Positions 7,745 through 17,447 of a DNA stretch of 38,756 nt are shown one piece after another. The DNA comes from Pyrinomonadaceae bacterium (lineage in GTDB: Bacteria > Acidobacteriota > Blastocatellia > Pyrinomonadales > Pyrinomonadaceae). The stretch is taken from NCBI GenBank assembly GCA_036833775.1, contig DAITPE010000001.1:1-38756 (forward strand), read 5' to 3'. The notes under the pieces are model-generated. The model saw only the letters and a list, made by a program, of their open reading frames with translations. It searched no databases and was not told the DNA's origin. The translations under genes and the position numbers were made by a program. The first letter of the stretch is position 1. Each line of letters opens with the position of its first letter.

Positions 7745-9757
7745 TTACAAACGCGGTAAGGTGAACGAAAATCTCGAACCTTGTCCGGGTTCGGATTCGA
7801 CACCGACTTCGCCGCCGTGCTGTTCGACGATCTCTTTGACCAAAGATAATCCCAAACCGGTCGATTCTTCTTCTTTGTCTTGCCCGTCGCGCGGAATTCT
7901 GTAAAATTTTTGCCAAATTTTATCCTTTTCGCTGTTCGGAATGCCGTAGCCGCGATCTTCGACGATAATGCGTAAAAAGTCTGCTTCCAAAATCGTCGAA
8001 ACTAAAACGGAAGTGCGTTCGGGACTGTATTTGATGGCGTTGTCGATCAGATGCGAAACGGCGCGTTGGATCAAACCTTTGTCGGCGGCAACAGGCGGAA
8101 TGTGCGAATTTGCCTGTTCGACAAGGCGAATGCGTTTGCGTTTCGCCTGATCCTGCATTTCGCCGACGACTTCGTGAACGACCGCATCGACTTTGACGGG
8201 CGTTTTGTCGATTTCCTGCTTGTCCGATTGTTGTAAATTCGACACCGAAAGAAACGTCGTCAGCATTTTTGAAAGCCTCTGCGATTCCTGCGCGATGATG
8301 TTCAAAAATTCGCGCGATTCTTCGGGAATGCCTTCGTCTGCGAGAAGAAGTTCGGCAAAACCTTGAATGCTCGTGATCGGCGTGCGAAGCTCGTGCGACA
8401 TCAGGCTCGCCATATCGCTGCGGAGTTTTTCGTTTTCTTTGACGGCGGAAATATCGCTCAAAGTAATGAGAAAACACGCCGGTTTCAGCGAAGCGTTCGT
8501 GTCGTGGATCGAAACATCGTCGATCGGAACTTTGACGAGCGAAATTTGCAGTTTTAAGGTTTTACTCGTTTCGGGAAAGAAAAGATCGGCTTTGTAATGA
8601 TTTCCCGTCTGCAAAACGCGGCGGATCGAAAGACTCGGTTCATTGAAAACTTCGGTTTTGAATTGTTCGAGCAATGTAAACAGATTCAAATCTTGAATCT
8701 GCGTCGAACTCAAACCCGCCAAATGACGCATTTGACGATTCAAATAAGCAAGCGTTCCGTCGAGATAAGCAATCGCGTGCGCTTCCTTCAGATACGAACT
8801 CGCCTGCGCGCCAAAACTGTGTTCTTTGATGACGCTTTGAATGAGATGCAAGATCGCCAGACGATTTTCCGACGAATGAGTCGAAAGAAAACTCCACCAA
8901 TTTTTATGCGGCAAACTTTTTCCGCGCAGTTCTTTACGCTGAAAATTTCGCGCAAGCTGTCCGCTGAAAGCTTCGAGCATATTTTTGTCGGCATATTCGA
9001 AATCCTGATTTACTTTGACGAACAAAACGCCGACGAGAATGTCTTCGGAAATCAGTGGAAGCGCAATTCGCGCCGATTTTCGCTCGTTTTCGTCAACCTG
9101 CACGACGCTCTGACGCGTTTGTAAAGCTTCTTCGCAAAGCCCAATGTTTTCGCGCCAAGCCGATTGCCGCGAGATCATCGATTCACGCGAATTTTCGTTT
9201 CGTGCGCGACCGACCGGCGTCAACTCGCCTTCGTCGTCATAACGAAAAACGATCGCTTCGGACAACGGCAAAACCGTTTCGAGCAGTTTCAAACCGCTTT
9301 CGATACGCGAATCGGCAGGTTTTCCTTCCAAAAGATGTCCGGTCGAAGCAAGCGTTACGAGTTTGTCGGTCAATGCCGAATCGATCATCCAGATTTTCTT
9401 AATCTGCACGACCAAAAGCGTTAAGGAAACGATTAGAAAAATCGGAATGAAAAGCAGTCCGACGTCGAAAAATTTGTTTGAAATGATCGCTAAAACGAAC
9501 CAAATCGCAAGAAATCCCGAGGCAGGAAAAAAGAGTTTTTTGATGCTGAAAGTTTCCGCCAAATAGCCGACGACAAGCCCGAACGAGATCAAAACAACGA
9601 GTTTCCACCACGTAAAAACCGCATCTTTCGGCACGAGCAGATCGAGAAACGCCGCCAGCGCAACGCTTCCGAAATTCCACAAAAAAGCGATTGTCAGAAT
9701 AATGGAAATTGATAAAACCAGCGATGTCACCACGCTGTTTACGCCGTTTTTCTTCAT
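7745..9757 (-). CDS. Membrane-bound sensor histidine kinase (multi-TM N-terminus, GAF/PAS-like middle, HisKA + HATPase_c)
   Basis: 670 aa. H-box SHELRTPITSIQGF, N-box LIDNAIKYSP, G-boxes EDRGYGIP and GLGLSLVKEIV. There are about 5 hydrophobic helices in the first 130 aa. No response regulator gene is adjacent. Confidence 0.9.
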   Translation of the reverse strand: MKKNGVNSVVTSLVLSISIILTIAFLWNFGSVALAAFLDLLVPKDAVFTWWKLVVLISFGLVVGYLAETFSIKKLFFPASGFLAIWFVLAIISNKFFDVGLLFIPIFLIVSLTLLVVQIKKIWMIDSALTDKLVTLASTGHLLEGKPADSRIESGLKLLETVLPLSEAIVFRYDDEGELTPVGRARNENSRESMISRQSAWRENIGLCEEALQTRQSVVQVDENERKSARIALPLISEDILVGVLFVKVNQDFEYADKNMLEAFSGQLARNFQRKELRGKSLPHKNWWSFLSTHSSENRLAILHLIQSVIKEHSFGAQASSYLKEAHAIAYLDGTLAYLNRQMRHLAGLSSTQIQDLNLFTLLEQFKTEVFNEPSLSIRRVLQTGNHYKADLFFPETSKTLKLQISLVKVPIDDVSIHDTNASLKPACFLITLSDISAVKENEKLRSDMASLMSHELRTPITSIQGFAELLLADEGIPEESREFLNIIAQESQRLSKMLTTFLSVSNLQQSDKQEIDKTPVKVDAVVHEVVGEMQDQAKRKRIRLVEQANSHIPPVAADKGLIQRAVSHLIDNAIKYSPERTSVLVSTILEADFLRIIVEDRGYGIPNSEKDKIWQKFYRIPRDGQDKEEESTGLGLSLVKEIVEQHGGEVGVESEPGQGSRFSFTLPRL

Positions 9758-9939
9758 AAAAATTTGGTAAAGCAGTTTGAGGATTTAAGAAACCAGAAAT
9801 GTTGGCAATGTGAAAACAAAGTTTGCCACTAAAATTATGCAACAGAATTTACCGCAATTGCAAGCAATTTTATCCGCGTAAGGCTTTATTTTCTTTACGA
9901 ATTTGAAAGTTTCGCGCCGCGCAATTAATCTCAGAATGT

Positions 9940-10263
9940 ATGCCGTATCAAACGATCACGCCGAAAGAAGTTTTTGAAAAACTGCAAAACGGTGAAAAAT
10001 TCAGATTTATCGACGTGCGCGAACCGCTCGAATATCAAATCGCAAACGTCGAAGGCGCGGAGCTTTTGCCGATGAGCCGCGCAAACAAATGGCTCGGCAC
10101 ATTGAATCCCGAAGAAGAAATCGTCGTGATGTGTCATCACGGAATCAGAAGTGCGAATGTCTGTATGTTTTTGTCGCAAAACGGTTTCGAAAAAGTTTAT
10201 AACTTAACGGGCGGAATCGATCTTTGGTCTTACGAAGTTGACGAAAGCATTCCAAAGTATTGA
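9940..10263 (+). CDS. Single-domain rhodanese-like sulfurtransferase
   Basis: 107 aa with a rhodanese active-site loop CHHGIRS and typical flanks (FIDVREP.EY......GA..LP). Confidence 0.85.
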   Translation: MPYQTITPKEVFEKLQNGEKFRFIDVREPLEYQIANVEGAELLPMSRANKWLGTLNPEEEIVVMCHHGIRSANVCMFLSQNGFEKVYNLTGGIDLWSYEVDESIPKY

Positions 10264-10380
10264 AAAAAACTAAATTTCACGTTTTTGCTTTTACTTTTCC
10301 CTTTTGCTTTTTACTGTGCGTCCGCTTTGCTCTTTTCGTGGAAAACTCGCATAATATCAAGAGATTAAGTTGGTAAATCA

Positions 10381-10908
10381 ATGAGTTTTCTTTCCAATTT
10401 CAGACTTCTTTTGATCGCTTTATGGCTCGGCGCGGCAGTTTTCTTTATTTTCGTCGCCCAAAGCGCGTTTGCCGTTTTGCCAACGCGCGAATTAGCCGGC
10501 GCGGTCGTTTCGCGGACGCTGATGATCTTGAATTTAAGCGGTTTGGGAATCGGCTTGCTCGTGCTTTTGAGTTCGTTTATCAAAAGTCTGAACATCAAAC
10601 CTTTTTTTCTCTGGACGGAAAGAATTTTGCTGATTTTATTGTCTGCCGCTTGCGCTGTAAATCAATTTGTTATCGGAACTTGGCTGGCTTTTACACGCGC
10701 GCAATTCGGCGGAAAACCGATCGACGAAATCGCGCTCGAAGACCCGCTCCGAATTAAATTCAACGAACTACATCAATATTCGGTCTGGATTTTGACGGGT
10801 TCGATGATCGCCGCGCTAATTGTCTTCTTTTTTATTGCGCGAAAATCTGATAAAACAGTAGCGGTTGACAACAAATTTACCGACATCAACAACGAATTCA
10901 AGTTTTAG
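10381..10908 (+). CDS. Integral membrane protein (4 TM; DUF4149-like)
   Basis: 175 aa with four hydrophobic segments. The N-terminal LLLIALWLGAAVFFIFVAQSAF pattern resembles DUF4149, but the family call is tentative. Confidence 0.65.
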   Translation: MSFLSNFRLLLIALWLGAAVFFIFVAQSAFAVLPTRELAGAVVSRTLMILNLSGLGIGLLVLLSSFIKSLNIKPFFLWTERILLILLSAACAVNQFVIGTWLAFTRAQFGGKPIDEIALEDPLRIKFNELHQYSVWILTGSMIAALIVFFFIARKSDKTVAVDNKFTDINNEFKF

Positions 10909-10920
10909 GAATAAAACCAA

Positions 10921-11784
10921 ATGTTAAGTACGATCAGAAAAACTATCGAAGAAAGTTTAGGTCTTGCAAGTAAAACCGCGCCGAGCAAAAAAGGCTCGGT
11001 CATCGAAGGAATCGGCGAATTTTCGGGACGCTTCAAAAACTGGCGCGGCAACGAAGATTTGAAAAATTATCCGTTCGTCGAAAACACATACGCGCCGTTT
11101 ACGCCGATGCGCCGTGCGCTGCCGATGCTCAATCTCGCGCTGATCTCGTCAGCCGGAGCATATATCGACGGAACCGAATCTTTTGACTTAAATTCGCGCG
11201 ACGGCGATTTGAATTTCCGCGAAATTCCGATCGAAGTCGAAGCCGAAGATTTGCTTTACGCGGCAAAAGGCTACGACGCAAAAGCCGTCAAAGAAGACCG
11301 AAACGTGCTGATTCCCGTAGAACGCCTTCTCGAATACGAAGCAAACGGCGTGATCGGCAGATTAAATCAAGTTTGGTGGAGTTTGAGCAGTTGGATTCCG
11401 AATGCTGCTTCGGTTGCCGAAGAACTCGCGCCGAAGATCGTTGAAAGATTGAAAAATTACGAAGTCCAAGCCGCACTTTTAGTTCCGTCTTCGCGTCTGT
11501 GTCATCAAACATTAGGAATTGTCGCAAGAGAAATCGAACGGCAAGGAATTCCGACGATGTTGATCTCGGTTGATCGTTTGGCAACCGACAAAATTCGTCC
11601 GCCGCGCACTGCTTATTACACCGGCGAAATCGGTTCGACGATCGGCAAAGCGAATTGGAAACAATATCAGCTCCGCATTTTGGACGAAGCTTTGCGTTGG
11701 ATCGAAACTCTCGATCAACCGGCTTCGCGTAAATTAGCCGTGAAACTCGAAACAGAAACCGAACAAGATCGTGGTGAACAATAA
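10921..11784 (+). CDS. Glycine/sarcosine/betaine/D-proline reductase component-B-like protein (GrdB/PrdB family, non-selenoprotein form)
   Basis: 287 aa. The LNLALISSAGAY and LLVPSSRLCHQTLG blocks recall PF07355 proteins. There is no in-frame TGA. The family call is from memory only. Confidence 0.5.
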   Translation: MLSTIRKTIEESLGLASKTAPSKKGSVIEGIGEFSGRFKNWRGNEDLKNYPFVENTYAPFTPMRRALPMLNLALISSAGAYIDGTESFDLNSRDGDLNFREIPIEVEAEDLLYAAKGYDAKAVKEDRNVLIPVERLLEYEANGVIGRLNQVWWSLSSWIPNAASVAEELAPKIVERLKNYEVQAALLVPSSRLCHQTLGIVAREIERQGIPTMLISVDRLATDKIRPPRTAYYTGEIGSTIGKANWKQYQLRILDEALRWIETLDQPASRKLAVKLETETEQDRGEQ

Positions 11785-11790
11785 TATGAT

Positions 11791-11906
11791 ATAGCCACAA
11801 AAAGGCACAAAAGCGCAAAAGTAAGAAGAAATGGATGGTGAAAAATACTAATTTCACCATCCATTTCTTTCTGTTATTTTGTGTCTTTTGTGCCTTTTGT
11901 GGCTAT
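11791..11906. repeat. Palindromic intergenic element, family 1 (longest copy, about 116 bp, nested hairpin)
   Basis: The outer arm ATAGCCACAAAAAGGCACAAAAGCGCAAAAG pairs with CTGTTATTTTGTGTCTTTTGTGCCTTTTGTGGCTAT. The inner arm GAAATGGATGGTGAAA pairs with TTTCACCATCCATTTC around a short loop. It lies between convergent stop codons at 11782-11784 and 11909-11911. Confidence 0.9.
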
Positions 11907-11908
11907 TT

Positions 11909-12508
11909 CTAAAACTGCATTTGCCAAGTTTTGATCGCGTCGATCGGATAAATCAGCATTAAAATATTTATCAAAAGGCTGTCGCGAATCCAAAAGATCA
12001 AGAAAATTTCAACCGCCAAAAAGAAAATCAGCGAACGCCAAATTCCTAATTTATAAGCGATAAAAAAACCGAAAGCGCAGGAAAAAACGTCGCCGACCGA
12101 ATTTAAGACCGAATCGCCAAAATAATCGAGCGAAGCCGTATTTTCACGATATTTTTCGATAATAAAATTGCTGTTTTCCAAAATTTCCCAAGCCGCTTCA
12201 ACCAGCACCGCAACAAATAATTGCCACGAAAACGAAAATTTTTTGAAAAGCAGATTGATAAACCAGAAAAACATTACGCCGTGCAAAATATGCGTGAATG
12301 TGTATGGATCGAGAAAATGCTGCGAAGTGTGGCTGCTGTTCCACGCTTCATTGACGTAGATCGCGTAATCGCCGAGTTTACACCACCAAATTCTGCCGTC
12401 GAGCCGAAGCCAGACGACCATTAAAACTATCGCGGCAAAGCTCGCGGCGATTGCTAAAGTTGAATTCGATTTATGATTTTGATTTTCGTTTTCCTGCGGT
12501 TCGTTCAT
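11909..12508 (-). CDS. DUF2585 (UPF0314) family membrane protein
   Basis: 199 aa. WWCKLGDYAIYVNEAWNSSHTSQHFLDPYTFTHILHGVMFFW matches the conserved UPF0314 core (C.CG....W......S..SQH..D.YTF.HI.HG). Confidence 0.75.
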   Translation of the reverse strand: MNEPQENENQNHKSNSTLAIAASFAAIVLMVVWLRLDGRIWWCKLGDYAIYVNEAWNSSHTSQHFLDPYTFTHILHGVMFFWFINLLFKKFSFSWQLFVAVLVEAAWEILENSNFIIEKYRENTASLDYFGDSVLNSVGDVFSCAFGFFIAYKLGIWRSLIFFLAVEIFLIFWIRDSLLINILMLIYPIDAIKTWQMQF

Positions 12509-12583
12509 TATTCAGAAAAGATTTTCGTTTGATTTGGATAAATTTACAAGTTTTCTGCTAAATTCTAATAAAAGCCTTCATTT

Positions 12584-14149
12584 ATGAATCGGACGGAAAT
12601 GCTCGAACGCGTCAGAACGCGAAAGGAAGATTGGGATTTTATCATTATCGGCGGCGGCGCAACGGGAATCGGATGCGCCGTCGATGCCGCTTCACGCGGT
12701 TTCAGCGTTTTACTGGTCGAACAAAGCGATTTCGGCAAAGGAACTTCGAGCCGTTCGACAAAATTAGTTCACGGCGGCGTTCGTTATCTCGCGCAAGGCA
12801 ATGTTTCGCTTGTCCGCGAAGCCTTGAAAGAACGCGGAATTCTTTCCAAAAATGCGCCGCATCTTGTTCATAAAAGAGCATTCGTAATTCCCGTTTACAA
12901 TTATTGGGACAAATTTTTCTACTCTGCCGGACTGAAAACTTACAACATTCTTTCCGGTAAAAGCGGTTTCGGAAAATCGCAAACTTTGTCGAAAGAAGAA
13001 ACCATCGAACGCCTGCCGAATATCAAAAAGGAAAATCTGCAAGGCGGAATTTTGTATTTCGACGGACAATTCGACGATTCGCGGCTTTTGATAAATTTGG
13101 CGCAAACTGCTGCCGAACAAAACGCCGTTTTGCTCAATTACGCACGCGTTTTCGCGTTCAACTACACGGACGACGGAAAAATTGACGGTGTTGCTGTTTC
13201 CGACGAAATTACCGGACAAATCTTTCTCGCCAAAGCCAAAGTCGTGATCAATGCGGCGGGCGCGTTTTGCGATAATGTGCGCCAAATGTCCGACCGTAAA
13301 GCCGAAAAAATCATTTCTCCGAGTCAAGGAATTCATCTCGTTTTCGATAAAAAATTTCTGCCGTCGGAAAATGCTTTGATGATTCCGAAAACTTCGGACG
13401 AACGCGTTTTGTTCGGCATTCCGTGGCACGATCACGCCGTTTTCGGCACGACCGACACGCCGATCGAAAAACCCCAATTAGAACCGAAAGCGCAAGAAAA
13501 AGAAATCGAATTTATTCTTGAAACGGCAAAAGATTATCTCGAAAATCCGCCGACGCGCGAAGATATTTTGAGCGTTTTCGTCGGCATTCGTCCGCTCGTA
13601 AAAGCTGAAAACACGAAAAATACGGCTTCGCTTTCGCGCGATCACACGATCGAAACCGACAAAGCAAATCTTCTTACAATTACAGGCGGAAAATGGACGA
13701 CTTACCGAGCAATGGCGGAAGATGCCGTCGATCAAGCGATCAAGCTCGGCAATTTTCCCGACAAAAAATGCGTCACCGAAAAGCTGAAAATTCACGGTTT
13801 CAGCGAAGAAAGTTCAAATTTCGGCGAACTGGAAATTTACGGTTCGGACGCGCTCGAAATTCAAAAACTCATCAAAGAAAATCCTTCGCTAAGCGAAAAA
13901 ATTCATCCTGAACTTCCCTACACAAAAGCCGAAATCGTTTGGTTTTGCAGAAACGAAATGGCGCAAACAATCGAGGATATTTTGGCAAGACGAACGCGCA
14001 CACTTTTCTTAAATGCAAAAGCCGCCGTCGAATCCGCGCCGCAGATCGCCGAAATGCTTGCAAATGAACTCGGTTTGGAAAACAAAGAAATTTGGATCGC
14101 CGAACAGCTCGAAATTTTCAATAAAACCGCACAAAATTATCTCGTCTGA
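12584..14149 (+). CDS. glpD: FAD-dependent glycerol-3-phosphate dehydrogenase
   Basis: 521 aa. N-terminal dinucleotide fold DFIIIGGGATGIGCAVDAASRG followed by GTSSRSTKLVHGGVRYL. The C-terminus resembles the GlpD alpha-helical domain. Confidence 0.9.
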   Translation: MNRTEMLERVRTRKEDWDFIIIGGGATGIGCAVDAASRGFSVLLVEQSDFGKGTSSRSTKLVHGGVRYLAQGNVSLVREALKERGILSKNAPHLVHKRAFVIPVYNYWDKFFYSAGLKTYNILSGKSGFGKSQTLSKEETIERLPNIKKENLQGGILYFDGQFDDSRLLINLAQTAAEQNAVLLNYARVFAFNYTDDGKIDGVAVSDEITGQIFLAKAKVVINAAGAFCDNVRQMSDRKAEKIISPSQGIHLVFDKKFLPSENALMIPKTSDERVLFGIPWHDHAVFGTTDTPIEKPQLEPKAQEKEIEFILETAKDYLENPPTREDILSVFVGIRPLVKAENTKNTASLSRDHTIETDKANLLTITGGKWTTYRAMAEDAVDQAIKLGNFPDKKCVTEKLKIHGFSEESSNFGELEIYGSDALEIQKLIKENPSLSEKIHPELPYTKAEIVWFCRNEMAQTIEDILARRTRTLFLNAKAAVESAPQIAEMLANELGLENKEIWIAEQLEIFNKTAQNYLV

Positions 14150-14255
14150 AAAATCTCGTAAAAAAACGACTTAAAAATAAAGGCAAAAAAACTTTTTTGA
14201 AATAAAAACTTATCGTCGCGGAATTTTTATTTCAGGATGAAAGAATTTTGCCTTT

Positions 14256-15044
14256 ATGATGCTGAATAAAGAAAAAATCGCCGTTTCGACAAGTGCGAAT
14301 GCGCCGAAGATAAAAAGCCGTTACCGCGTAAAAATTGCGGAAAGTTTGAAGGAAATCGAATCAGCTTTGCGGCTCAGATTTGAAGTTTTCAAGGTGGAAC
14401 TCGCTAAAAATAAAAGCGTTTCAGATTCACGTCTGCTCGAATTCGACGAATTCGACAATCGCTGTAAACACCTGATCGTGATTGATGAATTAACCCATAA
14501 AACCGTCGGCACATATCGGCTCAACTTCTTGGAAAACAATGACTGGATCAGCGATTTTTATTCTTTCACGGAATTCAGGATCGAAGATTTGCCTGCGGAA
14601 ATTTTGAAGAATTCGGTCGAGATCGGCAGAGCTTGCGTCGCGCAGGAGTATCGAAATTCAAAAGTTTTGTTTCTGCTCTGGAAAGGCTTGGCGCAATTTT
14701 TGAAAGATTACGACAAACGCTATTTTTTCGGCTGTTGTTCGATCTTCACGACCGAATTTTCGATCGGTCAAATCGTCTTTAACCAATTGCGAAATCAAGG
14801 TTTTATTGACGAAAAACTGCTCATCGAACCGCGCGAAGAAAAAGCTGAAAATTCGGGCAACAACTCTTTTGTAAATTCAAACTTTCCGTTGCCGCCCTTA
14901 TTTAATATGTATTTGAAGGTCGGCGCGAAAATTTGCAGCAAACCGATCATTGACGAGGATTTCGGGACAACTGATTTTTTCGTTTTGTTCGACCGTGAAA
15001 ATATGAATGAAAAATATGCCGAAATGTTTTTCGGTGAAAATTAA
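14256..15044 (+). CDS. GNAT-family N-acyl amino acid synthase (OlsB/GlsB-like, Acetyltransf_5)
   Basis: 262 aa. The layout LRLRFEVFKVEL...DEFD..C.HLIV.D....VGTYRL...VEIGRACV...YR follows the hemolysin-like/OlsB acyltransferase family. Confidence 0.7.
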   Translation: MMLNKEKIAVSTSANAPKIKSRYRVKIAESLKEIESALRLRFEVFKVELAKNKSVSDSRLLEFDEFDNRCKHLIVIDELTHKTVGTYRLNFLENNDWISDFYSFTEFRIEDLPAEILKNSVEIGRACVAQEYRNSKVLFLLWKGLAQFLKDYDKRYFFGCCSIFTTEFSIGQIVFNQLRNQGFIDEKLLIEPREEKAENSGNNSFVNSNFPLPPLFNMYLKVGAKICSKPIIDEDFGTTDFFVLFDRENMNEKYAEMFFGEN

Positions 15045-15059
15045 ATTAAGCCTTAAAAA

Positions 15060-15572
15060 CTAAATAGCTCGGTGCCAAGCCATCGGAATATCGGCTTCAA
15101 AACCGCCGCTCACGCCGCGTATTCGGTTCGTCATTTTTCCTTCGACCTCGAAACCGAGTTTCTTATAAAATTCGATCGCTTTCCCGTTACTTTCCCTTGC
15201 GATCAATTCGACACGCAAAATATCCGCGCGATCTTCGACAACCCGGCGCATAAACTCGAAAAAAATCGCTCTGCCGACACCAACACCTTGAAAATCAGGA
15301 TGAACGGCAATCGTCAATTCACCCAAAACGTGTGCGAAAACCTGCGGACCGAGCGCGTAGCCGTGTATTTCGCCGATGATTTTTTCATCTTTGCGGGCGA
15401 CAATAATTATTCCGGTTTTGATTGATTTCGTCACAAAATTTGCCACATATTCCGCGTTTATTTCGTCAGCCGTTCGTGCTAAGCCGCCTTCGACCGCTGC
15501 AACTTTGCGGTATAATTCCTCGATCTTCAAACAATCTTGAAAATCTGCATTTGTCACGATAAATTCCTTCAT
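15060..15572 (-). CDS. GNAT N-acetyltransferase
   Basis: 170 aa with the acetyl-CoA binding motif VHPDFQGVGVGRAIF. Confidence 0.85.
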   Translation of the reverse strand: MKEFIVTNADFQDCLKIEELYRKVAAVEGGLARTADEINAEYVANFVTKSIKTGIIIVARKDEKIIGEIHGYALGPQVFAHVLGELTIAVHPDFQGVGVGRAIFFEFMRRVVEDRADILRVELIARESNGKAIEFYKKLGFEVEGKMTNRIRGVSGGFEADIPMAWHRAI

Positions 15573-15721
15573 AAATTCAAATTATCACCTTTATCTAAAA
15601 TCCAAAACGCTGAAAACGGCAAGTTTGAAAACTTCAGTAAAATGGCGAACCGGATTTTTTGTTCGGCTTTAACATTTCGAGCTGCAATCAAATGATTTGG
15701 CAAATTTATAAAGTAAACGAC

Positions 15722-16486
15722 TTAATGTATTTGAAAGGAAAATGTTTTCTCGTCAAATTCAAACGGATTTTTGTTGAATGTCCGCTCCGTAAAATTGATT
15801 TTCCCATCATTTTCCAACAAAACGACCGTCGAACTTCGTGTGCCGTAATCGGGTGATGCGATAAAGATCGGCGAAATTAATTTTTCTTTTTCAAATCCGA
15901 TTCCGGTGTCGGGCAAATCTTCGTTTTCGGCAAGCGTTCGATCCGATAATATTTTGAAAAGTTGATTCGTATCAATAATTTGCGGTAAATCTTGAAAGGC
16001 TTTTTTGCCTGATTCTACTTTATGCCAAGCCGTATCGAGAAAACGATTGCTCAAACCGTAAATGCCCTTTTTCAATTCGGCAAAAGAATCGTTTACATTT
16101 GAATACCAAAACAATTCGACATCGTTTTTCAGCGTTCCGAAAATCAGGTTAAAGCCTGTGTAATCATTCTTTTGCCGCCGCAGTTTTTGAAGGAAATCCG
16201 TTGCCGATTCATTATCTTGAAGAAAATCTTTCACCAAATTTCCACGCGAGATGTTTCCGATCTTTTGATTCGGATCGCGGTAATTCGTGAGCGCGGCAAA
16301 GCGTCCGTTTTTTGTTATGCCGTGCCAAGTTCCGCCGTATAAAAGGTCTTTTCCGGCTAAAATATTCGGATTTTCCTGCCAAAAATCCGCTTGTGCGGTC
16401 GGACGTGCGTAAAACTCGTCACGATTTGCGGCGATGACGAGTTTATATCTGGGGAAAGTTTCCAAACCGAGAAAAATTACGCACAT
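15722..16486 (-). CDS. NRDE-family protein (TANGO2-like, N-terminal Cys nucleophile type)
   Basis: Start set at the ATG giving MCVIFLG, since family members begin Met-Cys. The eponymous motif is present (AANRDEFYARPT). Confidence 0.85.
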   Translation of the reverse strand: MCVIFLGLETFPRYKLVIAANRDEFYARPTAQADFWQENPNILAGKDLLYGGTWHGITKNGRFAALTNYRDPNQKIGNISRGNLVKDFLQDNESATDFLQKLRRQKNDYTGFNLIFGTLKNDVELFWYSNVNDSFAELKKGIYGLSNRFLDTAWHKVESGKKAFQDLPQIIDTNQLFKILSDRTLAENEDLPDTGIGFEKEKLISPIFIASPDYGTRSSTVVLLENDGKINFTERTFNKNPFEFDEKTFSFQIH

Positions 16487-16517
16487 TCGATCTTCATTAT
16501 AAAATTCGACTTTCGTT

Positions 16518-16907
16518 CTAAGCAAAAGATGCGCCGACAAACGGAATTTCACGGCGGTAAATCCAAAGTGTTGCCGCACTCAGCACAAAAACCGTAACTG
16601 CTAAAATAAAAAGAGTTCCGCCGTCGTCTTTGATCACGATTCCGAGTTTTGTCAAATGACTGAAAATTGCGCCGGAGATCGTCAGTAAACTTATCAGCGC
16701 GCCGAGCCACGCCGTCGAAGGAATCAAAAGCAAGATCGCGGCGATCAATTCGACAACGCCCGAACCGATTCTGCCAATTGCTTCGTTTTCGCCCATTAAA
16801 GTCGAAAAAATATATTTCGATTCTTCCGCACCGGTAAATTTGAAAAATAAAGTCTGCAATAAAATTACGGCAATAATTATCCTGAAAATCCAACTTAAAA
16901 TGTTCAT
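16518..16907 (-). CDS. DoxX-family membrane protein
   Basis: Start set at MNILSWIFRIIIAVILL. About 129 aa, 4 TM, with a DoxX-like pattern (FF.KFTG......F...G....R...G..E...A.LLL.P). Confidence 0.8.
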   Translation of the reverse strand: MNILSWIFRIIIAVILLQTLFFKFTGAEESKYIFSTLMGENEAIGRIGSGVVELIAAILLLIPSTAWLGALISLLTISGAIFSHLTKLGIVIKDDGGTLFILAVTVFVLSAATLWIYRREIPFVGASFA

Positions 16908-16917
16908 ATTATTATCT

Positions 16918-17409
16918 TTAGATTCCTTTCTGTCTGTATTTGAGCGTCGAAGCCGCAACGCCGAAATCGGCTTCGACGGCAAAACCTGCAAATGCCAATT
17001 TCAACGCAACAATCGCGTAATGATGAACCGTGTGACTCTGCATAAATTCAAGTTCTCGCGCCACGGACGAACGGCTCCAAGCATTTTCTTCAATTTCTTC
17101 AACTCGTTCGTAGCGAATCAAAATTTCACGATCAAAATTTTCGATCTCGATTTTACGCAGATTTTCAATCGTTTTTTCGATCTTTGAAATTGCCGCCGCA
17201 CGTTTCGTTTCAACCTGCAAATCTCTTTCGCGCTTGTTGTAATCGGCTTTTCCGCTTTTGATGCCGGCAAAAAGACAATCGAAAAAATCGAGACAATGCC
17301 TGATGTGACCGCCGAATTCAGCATAAATTTCGTCGGTTTCGATTTTTTCGAGCAGCTTCAAACCTTGCTCCAAAACGGCAATCGAATTTTCGATCAGATG
17401 CTTTTTCAT
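16918..17409 (-). CDS. DinB-superfamily (four-helix bundle, metal-binding His triad) protein
   Basis: 163 aa with conserved His residues in IRHCLDFF and SHTVHHYAIV, as in DinB/YfiT-like proteins. Confidence 0.65.
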   Translation of the reverse strand: MKKHLIENSIAVLEQGLKLLEKIETDEIYAEFGGHIRHCLDFFDCLFAGIKSGKADYNKRERDLQVETKRAAAISKIEKTIENLRKIEIENFDREILIRYERVEEIEENAWSRSSVARELEFMQSHTVHHYAIVALKLAFAGFAVEADFGVAASTLKYRQKGI

Positions 17410-17447
17410 AAGTTCTCTCGAATTGATAATTATTCAAGCGCAATGTT

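Noticed and set aside
10283-10335. A T-rich stretch, GTTTTTGCTTTTACTTTTCCCTTTTGCTTTTTACTGTGCG, downstream of the rhodanese gene that resembles one arm of the family-1 element
   Set aside because: Only a loose compositional resemblance (TTTTGC-type units). It has no ATAGCC terminus and no complementary arm. I did not count it as a copy.
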